Assembly (NCBI GenBank): GCA_963775685.1
Contig: CAVZJV010000014.1
Span: 2,272,001-2,336,000, forward strand
Direction of reading: 5' to 3'
DNA: 64,000 bases
Origin: Candidatus Bathyarchaeota archaeon
Lineage (GTDB): Archaea > Thermoproteota > Bathyarchaeia > Bathyarchaeales > Bathycorpusculaceae
Positions 31,811 to 43,225 of this stretch are shown here, in pieces. The notes under the pieces are model-generated. The model was not told the DNA's origin and ran no database searches. It saw nothing but the letters and a program-made list of their open reading frames with translations. Within the stretch, counting starts at the first letter, position 1; every line of letters begins with the position of its first letter. The translations under genes were made by a program, and so were the position numbers.

Positions 31811-32695
31811 ATGGAATCGTTGTTTAAAAAAATAGTTGCTGTCGCCATAATCGTTATGGTTGCAATTGTGTCTATAGCGGTATTAACGAACGCATACCAA
31901 ACAGTACCAACAGGATACCAGGGTGTCGTGCTCGCATGGGGTAATCCAGTGCGTACTGTCAGTTCAGGACTAAATTTGATTACTCCAATCGCTGAAAATA
32001 TTGCTTTAGTGAACACTCAAATACAAAAAGCCACAGCGCAAGAGTCAGCCGCGTCTTCTGACCTTCAGGAAGTATCAACATCAGTGACAGTAAATTATCA
32101 GTTAGATGCGGCTTATGCTAAAGAAATCTACACCAACCTCCGAGACCAATACGAAAGCAGAGTTATTCTTCCCGCGATGCAAGATGCCTTAAAAGCTTCA
32201 ACAGCAAAGTTTCAAGCAAGCGAATTAATCACACAACGAGAAGCAGCTAAAACCGCCTTTTTAACTCTGTTGCAAGACAAATTAACTCAATATCACATAA
32301 CTATAGTCTCAGTTTCTATCACCGACTTCCAATTTTCAGAATCATTCAAAGTTGCCATTGAAGCAAAAGTAACTGCCGAACAAAACGCGCTTGCTGCAAA
32401 GAATAAGCTTGAGCAAATAGGCTATGAAGCTCAGCAACAAGTCATCCAAGCGACCGCTAATGCCACCGCAATAGTAACCACGGCAAATGCTAACGCAAAT
32501 GCTACAATAATTGCGGCTAACGCAACAGCTCAAGCAGTGCAAATAATCCAGGTGCAACTTACCCCGGAGTACATATCGTACCTTTATGCAATCGGCTGGG
32601 ATGGAAAGCTACCCATCTACTGGTCTTCCGGTAATAGTACAGCTCCCTATCTGTTACTGCCAACGCAACAACCAATCAACAGCACAAGCCCATAG
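31811..32695 (+). CDS. prohibitin/SPFH (band 7) protein
   Basis: VPTGYQGVV, SSDLQEV, ELITQRE, FSESFKVAIEAKV, WDGKLP. Confidence 0.9.
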   Translation: MESLFKKIVAVAIIVMVAIVSIAVLTNAYQTVPTGYQGVVLAWGNPVRTVSSGLNLITPIAENIALVNTQIQKATAQESAASSDLQEVSTSVTVNYQLDAAYAKEIYTNLRDQYESRVILPAMQDALKASTAKFQASELITQREAAKTAFLTLLQDKLTQYHITIVSVSITDFQFSESFKVAIEAKVTAEQNALAAKNKLEQIGYEAQQQVIQATANATAIVTTANANANATIIAANATAQAVQIIQVQLTPEYISYLYAIGWDGKLPIYWSSGNSTAPYLLLPTQQPINSTSP

Positions 32696-32704
32696 GTTGA
32701 AACA

Positions 32705-32869
32705 ATGCCAAGAAGAGAAATATCAATACTATATGCAGATGGAAAAACCTTGATCTTGGAGGGTACGGTAGGCAAGGACTACCGTTTTTCAATCCCCAAG
32801 CAACTTAGAAAAATCATAAGTCCAAATTCAAAAGTAAAGATCACAATAGAGATTGCCCCTTGTCCTTGA
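32705..32869 (+). CDS. AbrB-like small protein (54 aa)
   Basis: GTVGKDYRFSIPKQLRK...KVKITIE. Confidence 0.6.
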   Translation: MPRREISILYADGKTLILEGTVGKDYRFSIPKQLRKIISPNSKVKITIEIAPCP

Positions 32870-33014
32870 AGCGGTAAGTTAGAAAGAGCAGATCTTTGTT
32901 GTATTGTAGATGATTGTTTTTCCCAAGTCTGCCTTTTTTGGAGAGCAAATTAAATTAAAAAACAAATTTACTTTAAAAAAGGGGAGTTCAAAGAGCAAGA
33001 GGCACAAGTTTGAG

Positions 33015-33314
33015 TTATCTTGCCCAGCATGGTCCAAAGCCGTATTCGTAGCCATAGCCGCCTTGATAAGGTGTAGGTGCGGGAGACGAACCGTCAGTTG
33101 ACGCCTGTGGCACTACGTTTTGGCTGCCGTAGGCTTGGTTTGCCCCAATCCCAAAGCAGTTGCCGATCCAACCCCAGAACCCATTGTTAAAGGGTACACC
33201 TGGGCTTGTGGTTGAGGAAGGTTGGGTGACTATTTGGGCTGAAGCCAATCCAACGATGGCCAGGGTTAGTGCCGCAACAGCGACCAAGGCGATTATGATT
33301 TTAGTTCTTTGCAT
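33015..33314 (-). CDS. small secreted protein, paralog of 10671-10988
   Basis: Signal peptide, NNGFWGWIGNCFG, YQGGYGYEYGFGPCWAR. Confidence 0.8.
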   Translation of the reverse strand: MQRTKIIIALVAVAALTLAIVGLASAQIVTQPSSTTSPGVPFNNGFWGWIGNCFGIGANQAYGSQNVVPQASTDGSSPAPTPYQGGYGYEYGFGPCWAR

Positions 33315-33365
33315 TTTGTTTTATCACCATATTACACTATGGCTACAGCGTCTTATGGAAGTTGT

Positions 33366-33386
33366 CTGAAACAAAACTGAAACAGT
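33366..33386 (-). promoter_or_regulatory. tandem-repeat operator-like site
   Basis: Reverse complement is identical to 10599-10619. Confidence 0.65.
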
Positions 33387-33643
33387 TTCCATACTTCCAA
33401 GTTCTTGAGATTTGCTCATGAATTCTTCCTTCTATCAAAAATTTATTGATTATTTGCCTTTTTTTGTCCATGCCACGCATCTAGTCTGAATTCATCTTGT
33501 TTTCTGACATTAAATACTTACCTAAAAAATGAGGGGTGCGGGGTGAAACCTCCTCACAACTGAATGAGGTCAAATAATCCCTCTGGAACTACTGTAAGCT
33601 GTTTGAGGAAAAAATTTTAATCTTAAAGCAACCCATAATAGGC

Positions 33644-34117
33644 ATGAATAAAGAATCGAATTCTGTAATTACTAAAATAGTAAATGCTGAATCCTTTGAT
33701 GATTTTTTGGGTTTAATTGATAAACTTGCGGATTATGAGAATTTGGCTCCTCCGGATGATGAAGCTAAACAAAGATTGCGAAGGGATTGCTTGGGTGAAC
33801 ACCCCAAGTATCAAGCGGTTATTGGAAAAGTAGGCGATAAATCTGTCTCTTACTGCATTTATTTTTTTACTTATTCGAGTTTTCTTGCTTTGCCGACGCT
33901 TTTTCTTGAGGATATTTTTGTACTTGAAGAATATCGAAGACAAGGTGTAGGCAAAAAAATGTTCACCGTCCTAAAAGTAATCGCTAAACACGAAGGATGC
34001 GGCAGGATTGAGTTTGCCGTTTTGAAATGGAATAAATCAGCGCAAGAATTCTATGAAAAAAACAAAGCTAAAGGCTTGGAATGGTTTTTGTATCGTTTGG
34101 TCAAAGAAGACTTTTAG
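33644..34117 (+). CDS. GNAT N-acetyltransferase (SSAT-like)
   Basis: LFLEDIFVLEEYRRQGVG and WNKSAQEFY. Confidence 0.88.
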   Translation: MNKESNSVITKIVNAESFDDFLGLIDKLADYENLAPPDDEAKQRLRRDCLGEHPKYQAVIGKVGDKSVSYCIYFFTYSSFLALPTLFLEDIFVLEEYRRQGVGKKMFTVLKVIAKHEGCGRIEFAVLKWNKSAQEFYEKNKAKGLEWFLYRLVKEDF

Positions 34118-34373
34118 GGTAATAAGGAACTTTTTTCCAATAGAGTTATATTTTTTTGTGTTTTAGGTAAGGGATACTTCACAAGAAAAGAAGCAGATCT
34201 ACGATTATTAACCAACTGCTTTTCTGGTTTCTTAGTATCTTTTCATCCCTGAAAATGTCAATAATGTGGAGTCAGAAGCGCCTTTTCTTCTCATACTGCC
34301 TTAATAGAGACTTGAGCTTCAGGGTGTGATATATTCAAAAAAAGAAAGAAACAACTGTTAAGACAGTTGCCTA

Positions 34374-34655
34374 TTACATTTTATGCTCTTTGAGAACGGT
34401 CATCGGTGACGTACTAGTATCGGCGATGCCCGGCATGGCTCGTAAGATCTCTCCGACGAAGTGAAGACTGTTTTCATTGCTATCGGCTTTGAAGAAAATC
34501 ACGAAATCCCAGTATCCGTACAAGCTCCATGAGGACTCGATCTTTATTCCTTTCATTGGTTCGGTAGGCATCTTTTTAAATGCTTCCCAGAACTCGCCGC
34601 CCTTTCCAGAGATCGTTTTGATTAAAACTTGATATTTATTCGTGCTTTTTTCCAA
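34374..34655 (-). CDS. GYD/Lrp-AsnC ligand-binding-like domain protein
   Basis: SLYGYWDFV...ILRAMPGIADTST. Confidence 0.6.
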   Translation of the reverse strand: MEKSTNKYQVLIKTISGKGGEFWEAFKKMPTEPMKGIKIESSWSLYGYWDFVIFFKADSNENSLHFVGEILRAMPGIADTSTSPMTVLKEHKM

Positions 34656-35033
34656 TTAAAACACCGCTCTTATTTTTGTTAAGACGAACCTTTAAGATTC
34701 TGTGGCTGCATTGTCACAACCACAACTGCGTACCGATCCAACGTCAACTTCTCCCATTCACAGACCCTTTTGTAAACTCCTTCGCGTTTCGTTATAGACC
34801 TCTACTTGTTCGTTTCCGACTTTGTTGTATTCTTAATATGGCTAAGTGAAAGAAAATAGGCTGAATTCTAAACTGTTAATTCGTCATTTTATTAAACAAA
34901 ACTTCTAAATTATTTAATAAAAATAGTTTATTTTCTTTTTTTTAACAAGCTATTTATAGTTATACGGGTTGAAGACCCAATTGGGTTGCCAAGGGGCAAC
35001 CAACATAGGTAGCTTTTTGTCAACCCCAAAATA

Positions 35034-37669
35034 TTGGAGAAGAAAAAAATGTTTAAATTAGAAAACAAAACTGCAGCTATTGTAATAACTCTGTTGTTGA
35101 CACTGTCAATTGCAGGCGCAATTGCTGTCCCAAAAGCAAATGCAGCTAATTTCCCCGGAACCACAATTCCAACTTGGGCATATCTTCAGGTTGTACCTGA
35201 CCAAGTTGGAGTAGGTCAAAACGTACTGATGGTAATGTGGATTGACAAACCTCCACCAACAGCCAACGGCATATTAGGCGACAGATGGGTAAACATGACA
35301 CTTAAAATAACAGACCCCGACGGAACCGTTCAAACTTCTAGGACCTTTCAAGTCGGACGACGCAGGTGGCTACACAACCAACTATGTTCCCACTAAACTT
35401 GGCGACTATTCTGCAATCTTTATCTTCCCAGGCGAAACCCTCACAGGCTCTCTTGGAAATGACGGCTTCCCATTTATCAATTCAGCAGTAGGCGATGTCT
35501 ACGGCTCCTCAACCAGCAACGCAGTTCACTTTACTGTAAGCAACGAACCATACTCCACGATTCCTGAGAATCCTCTTCCAACAGATTATTGGCAGAACCC
35601 AGTTGAAGCTTTTAACCACTACTGGTCAACAATTGCAGGCAACTGGCTCGGAATTTCAGCCGTCGAATTTGGAAACACAGGAAACTATAACTTTGCGGGC
35701 AACTTCAACCCCTACACCCAGGCACCATTAACCGGACACGTAGTATGGGCACAACCGCTTGTCCCTGGATCTCCAGGAGGTCAACTGGGCGGAGAATTCG
35801 GTGGCACCGCAGAAAGCAACTATTACTCAGGCTTCCAATACCAACCTAAATTCTGTCCAATCATTATGAACGGGATACTCTACTACCAAGCAATGCCAAA
35901 CTTCAACTCGCTAACTCAGGGTTTTGTCGCTTTAGATCTGAGAACGGGCGAAACCCTTTGGACCAAGAACTACAATAATTACTTCTCGAACGGCTCGCAA
36001 GACGTTTTGCTATGCGGACAAATATACGTATACAAAACAATGAACACATATGGCGGCCAGTCATACCTTTGGGCAACCAGAACCACTGCTGGAGTAACTT
36101 ACCTTGATGTCTTTGATGGGGCGACTGGTAACTATGACTTCAGCATACAAGGAGGCGGAGGCGGAGGATCGTTTGGAAGGCAAAACTTCCAAGGGGAAGA
36201 CGGTAGTCTACTGCAATTATACCTGAATTCCTCTAGAGTTGACGGTGTAACACGACAATCTCTGACTCTATGGAACTCTAGCCACTGCGTAAACCCAACC
36301 GACAGCCAATTCTTTAACTTCCAACAAAACGGAAACTATCAATACAACACAGGAATAATGTGGTCAATACTATTGCCAAACCAAACTTCAACTGGCGATC
36401 CAATGCCCAGCTGGATCCTTGACGACGCTGGTCACTCAACCTGGGACCCAGACAAATACATTTTCATCATACAAGGAGGTACAGGTATGGTACCTACATA
36501 CGGATGGAACCCTGGCTGGCTGATGGAAGCAGCATACGACATGAAAGATGGAACACAGCTCTGGATAAAGAACCAAACTGAAACACCATTCGCCGCCACA
36601 ATGATGATGACAGGAGCATCAAACAGTATCTACGCCGAATACACAAAGGAAGCAATGACTTTCACAGGCTACAGCACAAAAACTGGAGAAAAAGTCTGGG
36701 GTCCAACTACGCCTCTAGTTAATCCATTAGCTTACTATGACCAAACAAGTGCAGTCTGTGCATACGGAAAACTATATACATGGACATTCGGCGGGGAAGT
36801 CTACTGCTTTGATATGGCAGATGGTCGTAAGGTCTGGAACTGGAGTACTGGAGACGCTGGAGCAAACACACCTTATGGGGTCAACCCACTTTGGATCATC
36901 GGTAACTACGAAGCAACTGTTGCAGATGGAATACTCTATGTAGAAACAGGCCACGATTATGGACCGCCGCTATTTAGTGGCGCGAAGATATATGCACTAA
37001 ACGCAACAACAGGCGAGCCAATTTGGGATATACTGAACTTTGCCTAGTGGCTCGTGCCTACCAGTTACATACGGCTATATGCTCTCGTTCAATGCATACG
37101 ACAACCAAATATACTGCTATGGTAAAGGACTGACCCAAACCACCGTTACAACTTCACCCGTGATAAATAATAACGCTCAGATACAGATTAGCGGTACCGT
37201 CAACGACCAGTCACCAGGACAAACCTGCTTAGGAATACCCGTAGCAGGCACGCCAGCTATTGACGACCAATACATGAGCAGATGGATGGAATACCTCTAT
37301 ATGCAATCGCCAAAGCCAACAAACGCAACAGGCGTTCCAGTTACTCTATCCTACGTCGACCCCAACAACAACTACTACGAAATCGGAACCACAACATCCG
37401 ACGTAAACGGTCAATACACATACAATTTCAAACCCGACATACCTGGAACTTATGCCATTACAGCAACATTCGGAGGATCTAACTCATACTTTGCATCGTC
37501 AGCACAAACTCATGTCAATTTTGATACACCAGCAGGAGCTACCCCTACATCCACACCACAACCCGCATCCATGGTTGATTTATATTTTGTACCAGGTATC
37601 ATCGGCATTATCATTGCAATCATAGTTGTCGGCGCAGTCATAATAATAGCTCTAAGAAAGCGACCATAA
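35034..37669 (+). CDS. PQQ-like beta-propeller surface protein (paralog 3), frameshifts near 35340 and 37045
   Basis: PDQVGVGQ, LPTDYWQNPV, ALDLRTGETLW, TATFGGS, TM and LRKRP across three frames. Confidence 0.82.
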
Positions 37670-37981
37670 AGCCAAAAAATAGGAATTATTTCCTTCCTTT
37701 TTTTATTCTGTAAAGCCTAAATTTTACTGGCATGGGATCCATTTAAAAGTAGTAACGCTCCGTAGAAAACTGTTAAGCTAACAAAAATATTAGTTTTGCC
37801 TCATTTTTACTAATTTTTCTTAACCAATTTACTCTAAATAATTACTATTTTATGTCACCAATGCCCACTTGCCACTCACCATTATAAGCTGGTACTATAA
37901 GAGACGGATTGGGCATGGAAACAAAAAGAAACATGTGTATTTTGTTTTCTGTCCTAAAAAAATAACGGAAGAAAAAGAAAA

Positions 37982-40587
37982 ATGCAAAAAATAAAATCTT
38001 TGATAGTGCTGCTTCTTTTCACTATTATAATAGTACCCATGACAATGCAGATATCCCAAATAGCGCCCGCAGCCGCAGCAGATGACATGCCAGTCTACTT
38101 AAAAGTATATGCTGAACCAAACCCTGTAGGCGTGGGTCAAACAGTATACATCAGTCTCTTCTTCACTAAACCCATACCCGTCGTCGGCGTAGCTGGCGGC
38201 GCAAGCCAATATATAGGGCTATCACTTAACATTGTAAACCCCGATGGAACCAACACCACTCTTGGACCCTACGCAAGTGACACAACTGGCGGAGTAGGGG
38301 GGATCCAATTCGTCCCTGCAACCATAGGAGACTACTCTGTGCAAGCATTCTACAAAGGACAAACGATTTCCAACAATGCTGGAACCCTCAGCTATAATAT
38401 ACTTCCCACACAAAGCGATACCATAACCTTCACTGTGCAGACAGATCAAATCTCCAACGTTCCACTAACGCCACTTCCAACCGAATACTGGTCACGTCCC
38501 ATCTACGCTACAAACTATCTATGGGCACAATTAGGTGGCAACTGGTGGGGCTTAGGAAAACCCTCTTTCACTGATACCGGAGGATACGACGCATCTGGCA
38601 ACAACTTTAATCCTTACTCCCAAGCGCCAAACTCAGCCCACATTATGTGGGTTAAACCAACAGCTTTTGGCGGACAAGTAGGAAATCCAATTAGCGGCGA
38701 CCAAGAAAGTCAATATACAGCACCTCAATTCTATACAGACAATTCGAGCCCATAATACTCAACGGTATCATTTTCTACAAACTATACCCCAACGTACCGA
38801 CCACCGTAACTAGCTCAGGAGGAACCCCCGGTTGGGCCGCAGTGGATCTTCGCACAGGCGAAACACTATGGACCAAAGATACCAACGATACACTAGTTTT
38901 TGGCTGGAACATGCAGTTCCACACCATTCAAGAATACGGGACGCAAGCATTCCTAGTGGCAATTGGTCCAAGCGTTGGCAGCGGCTTTAACGCATACAAC
39001 GTTTGGTCCCTGTACGACCCAATGACAGGATACTTCATCGCCAACATAACCAGCGTACCCAGCACAACGGCTTCAGGATTAGTTGAAATCGACGACGACA
39101 GTACACAGGGAGCGGTCTACATATACAGCACTAACGGGACAACAGGCGCTCAAAGCCTAACCATGTGGAACTCGACCAGATGTTTAATGTCGAGTCTTTC
39201 ATCAAGCACTATACGTCCATCAGGCAACATCAACTACACGCGAGGGTATCAATGGTCAGTTCCGATTCCAACAAACATCACTGTGAACGGAGTTACAACC
39301 GACATATACAATCCAGCAAATGCTCTGAAAAACCCCGCCCTTAACATTGCCGGAAGGACAAACGAGGTTATCCTAATGCGAGCATACGGGGAAACTATGG
39401 ATACATTTGCCTCAGAATTTGGTGAAGATTCCGAAATCGAATGTGGATTTAACGCAAAAACAGGCGCACTTCTATGGGGTCCAGTAAACAGAACATTGCC
39501 AAGATACCATGAAATCAGCGTCCTCGCAGCAGGCGAAGGCTACTATGTTGAACAAGACAAAGACACAAACATAGCATACGTCTATAACCTGAAAACTGGC
39601 GTAGCAGTTGGTGGACCAATCCAACTTCAAGGAAGTGCTTTGAGCACTCTTTCGCGAGGCGGAGCAATCGCATACGGTAAAGCTTACATTTGGGACTTCG
39701 GAGGATACGTAAACGCAATCGATCTAAAAACAGGAACCCTAAGCTGGACGTACACACCCCGACCTGCAGGATACAATACTCCCTATGGCATCTATCCTTT
39801 CTGGCACTTTGGATCGCACAGCATAGCAGACGGCAAACTATTCCTATCTGAAGCCCGCATGTATGACCCCCCAATGTTCTCTGATGCACATAAACTAGCG
39901 ATAAACTGCACAGACGGATCGCTCGTCTGGAGTGGACTTGGTTTCTATGGACGTGAACCAAGCGCAATCGCAGACGGCTACCTTGTTGCATGGAACAGCT
40001 ACGACTGCCAAATCTACACATACGGCAAAGGACCAACATTAACAACAGCAAACGTTCAACAAAACGTTGTGCAATACGGTAGCAGCGTGCTAATAACAGG
40101 CACTGTTATGGACAAGTCTACAGGAACAACAGACGACGATAGAGCAGCGCGCTTCCCAAGTGGAGTGCCGGCTGTTTCTGACAATAGTCAAACTGCTTGG
40201 ATGGCGTACGTCTACATGCAGCAGCCAAAACCAGATAACGCAACTGGTGTGCAAGTTACCATAGGTGTCGTTGATTCAAACGACAACTATAGAGAAATCG
40301 GAACCACCTTAACTGACGCCACAGGATTCTACAGCTTACAATGGAAGCCAGACATAGACGGCAAATACACAGTCTACGCCAAATTCGCCGGCAGCGAATC
40401 CTACTGGCCTTCAGAATCAACAACCGCATTCGCAGTTGACGCAGCCTCAATAACCAATAATCCAACCCCCATTCCAGTTCGATCTGTAGCTGACCAATAC
40501 TTCATTCCAGCCATCTCAGGCTTATTCGTCGCAATCATCGTTATCGGCGCAGTATTAGCACTTTTGTTGCTAAGAAAGCGATCTTAA
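37982..40587 (+). CDS. PQQ-like beta-propeller surface protein (paralog 4), frameshift near 38720
   Basis: PNPVGVGQ, LPTEYWSRPI, VDLRTGETLW, AKFAGS, TM and LRKRS. Confidence 0.82.
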
Positions 40588-40641
40588 GAAAACAAAACAA
40601 AACACACCCCCCCTTTTTAGTTTAAAATGTAAGAGAAATGT

Positions 40642-40739
40642 GGCTGAGAATGCTCTGGTAAGAACTAACGGGTGACTTACTCACCGACGCATTTGCATTT
40701 GCGTTCTTTCTTTCCTTGCCCCAGAGCCTCAGCAAACCC
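40642..40739. ncRNA. conserved structured element, copy C
   Basis: GGCTGAGAATGCTCTGG...GGTGA[CTTAC]TCACC GACGC[ATTTGCATTT]GCGTT...CCAGAGCCTCAGCAAACCC. Confidence 0.6.
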
Positions 40740-41135
40740 TTGCATTCTAACTAAATTGAGTAAATTATCCAGATGCCCTTTGAACAAAGAAACGTTTCTG
40801 TATGCAACTGCAAGCCTTTTTGTATTTTCAGCCTCTTAAAAGTTTCTTTGATGAATGGTTACTATGTGGAATTACATAAAGACGCAATGTAATACTATTT
40901 AAGGCACTTCCAGGAATTGCTGCATTGATTATCGCATAAAACGTGTTATGCTTAAACTGGCGCAATATAAGCCAATAATCAATAGACCGTTCTATCCAAC
41001 GGAAGCATAATTGATGATCTAATTAAAAACTGTGAGCAAAGCAATTAGAATTATAACCCCCAAAACACTTTATGACTTTGGCGGAGTGCGAAAGGGGAAA
41101 AGAATGATCCTTAATTATGGGTTATCTCTTATTTT

Positions 41136-41615
41136 TTAGTTAGTTAAGCTCTGGCTTTTTTCGCTCAGTAATTTACCAAAGGTTGGACCGATTGGAAAGC
41201 TTGTATCATTAATGCAAGCGATTTTTATTTTTTGTATATTCGGAGCCTTTCTAGCCTCTTTGACTATCTTCTGGATGCTCTTTAGATCAATAATAGGTGC
41301 GATTGCTAATATTTCGTAAGGCCCGATTAATTCAGTAAGGACAATTATGTTTTTGACTGTCTTAAGGTATGAAATTGTATCAGATCTCTTAGCATCAGGG
41401 CCAACAGTTATAAAAAGAAAGGCTTTGCCCTGGTAACCCAACTTTGCTAGGTCTATGGACACGATGCACCTATGAATTATCCCTGTCTTCTTTAGCTTTT
41501 CGTATCTTCTTCGAACCGTATAAGGTGATACCCCTAGTTTTTTCGATATTGTAACGAATGAAAGGGTCCCGTCTTTGAGCAATTCGCTAAGTACAAGGTA
41601 ATCCAAATTGTCCAT
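41136..41615 (-). CDS. Lrp/AsnC family regulator
   Basis: DNLDYLVLSEL..DG, TVRRRYEKL, KLGY. Confidence 0.88.
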   Translation of the reverse strand: MDNLDYLVLSELLKDGTLSFVTISKKLGVSPYTVRRRYEKLKKTGIIHRCIVSIDLAKLGYQGKAFLFITVGPDAKRSDTISYLKTVKNIIVLTELIGPYEILAIAPIIDLKSIQKIVKEARKAPNIQKIKIACINDTSFPIGPTFGKLLSEKSQSLTN

Positions 41616-41617
41616 AA

Positions 41618-42094
41618 TTACCGCTCTTCAGATGCATTCAATTCAACATTTTCAAAATTAATTTGCGGAGTATTTGACCATACGTTAACAGTTAGTTTCC
41701 TTATGTCGTACCGTCTTTTAATGGCCTCTAACTTTTCATTCAAGCCAGAAAGACTTTCAGCATACACTAAAGCGCATAAATCATACTCCCCTACACTAGT
41801 AGCTGGTTCTATTAGCGTTGTATAACAATCAAGCATTTTCAGAATTTCATTAGCGTCCGCATCTGTCTCAATACCAATTGTTGCCACGACTGTGAATCCC
41901 AACTTACTAATTGAGGGAAAAAACGTTGCACCTGTAATTACACCAAGCTCCTTTAATCGATTAATTCTGTTTAACACTGAGACTGATGATAAACCGCATT
42001 GTTTAGCTATTTTCTTCAAACTTGTGCGAGCATCTTGTATGAGGATATGTAAGATTTTATCGTCAATTTCATCGATTTCGACCATGTTTGCCAT
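41618..42094 (-). CDS. Lrp/AsnC family regulator
   Basis: DEIDDKILHILIQDAR, SVLNRINRL, GEYDL. Confidence 0.9.
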   Translation of the reverse strand: MANMVEIDEIDDKILHILIQDARTSLKKIAKQCGLSSVSVLNRINRLKELGVITGATFFPSISKLGFTVVATIGIETDADANEILKMLDCYTTLIEPATSVGEYDLCALVYAESLSGLNEKLEAIKRRYDIRKLTVNVWSNTPQINFENVELNASEER

Positions 42095-42291
42095 TTAAAT
42101 TCGTATCAAGTAAATGTTCACAATTAAATAAAGCTTTAATTTTAGGATAAATGATAGAACAGATGTTTGTTATAATTATGTAATCAAGTGATGTAGGCTA
42201 ATTTTAATTGAGCATTTTGGTCATTTTGCAATCTTATGACCTAGTAGAGTTAACTCAAGTTCAACAAAAAGTATCATCAAAAATATTGACC

Positions 42292-43221
42292 TTATTCGAA
42301 AAATTCTTCAAGATATTGCATAACCAAAGCATAAGCCTGCATATCGTCAGGGCCTACTCTGATGTTGTTGCGGTCAATGCTGATTACGGCGCTACCCTCA
42401 TTCTCTCCGACTGGCTTATTGTTCTTGATTCGACAGACACATCGTATAATAGAGTCCGATTGAACCTGAAATGTTAACAAAGGATATTTTACCCCAGACA
42501 AGTGCAAATCGTATTTTCCCAATGCTTTAGGCTCAATTATAAAATGCTCTGTCTCTTCAAGCCGAAGAAGACTTTGTAGGAGTGATCCTTTATACTGAGG
42601 AAAATGAGATTTCAATTTTAATTCAGCTTTTTTTCTAACATCGTTAATTTTTCTGGACAAAGTTTCTGCATCCCAAAGTTCAACATGTAGTTTCTGGGCA
42701 TCTGCAATCGCTTGTTGGGTGAAATATGCGGAGGATAAGACAATTGAATTCTGACACATGTAAGTTTGTTTTGCTAGCATCGACATAAAAATTATTACGT
42801 TCGAAATTTTGTAGGTTTTAGGATACCTTCTGGCTTGAATCACAATTTTCTCGCCGTTTTTCGTAGCAATCAAGTCAACACCAAAAGCCAGTGCGTACTT
42901 TTCTGAGTGGACTGCGTATCCTAGTTCTTCCAACAGCCATATTATGAAATGTTCAAATTCTTTTTCCGAAAGACTCTCAACAGAATAAACTCTATCTTTG
43001 GGGATGCATTCTGATTTACTTGGTTTTTCCAAGATTGTTTTTAATGGTTTTTGCTCTGTTTGCTCCGTTTTTTGGAAGTATTCTTTTTCTATTCTCGAAG
43101 CCAACTCTTCTGCTTTATAATCGGGAAGCTTAAGTTCTATTTGCAGAAGCCCTGCCATGTCGATATTTGAATACTGCTCTACAATTTCTTGTAAGATGCC
43201 GTTAAATTTTAAGAAACGCAT
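42292..43221 (-). CDS. Mrr-like restriction endonuclease domain protein
   Basis: EFEHFIIWLLEELGY, GVDLIA, VIQARRY, FTQQA, VELWDAETL (Mrr_cat). Start taken at MRFLKF. Confidence 0.8.
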   Translation of the reverse strand: MRFLKFNGILQEIVEQYSNIDMAGLLQIELKLPDYKAEELASRIEKEYFQKTEQTEQKPLKTILEKPSKSECIPKDRVYSVESLSEKEFEHFIIWLLEELGYAVHSEKYALAFGVDLIATKNGEKIVIQARRYPKTYKISNVIIFMSMLAKQTYMCQNSIVLSSAYFTQQAIADAQKLHVELWDAETLSRKINDVRKKAELKLKSHFPQYKGSLLQSLLRLEETEHFIIEPKALGKYDLHLSGVKYPLLTFQVQSDSIIRCVCRIKNNKPVGENEGSAVISIDRNNIRVGPDDMQAYALVMQYLEEFFE

Positions 43222-43225
43222 TTTG

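Noticed and set aside
28100-33580. Similarity between aaatggggtggtgcgggtga (28100) and aaatgaggggtgcggggtga (33528)
   Set aside because: Short and gapped; could be chance.
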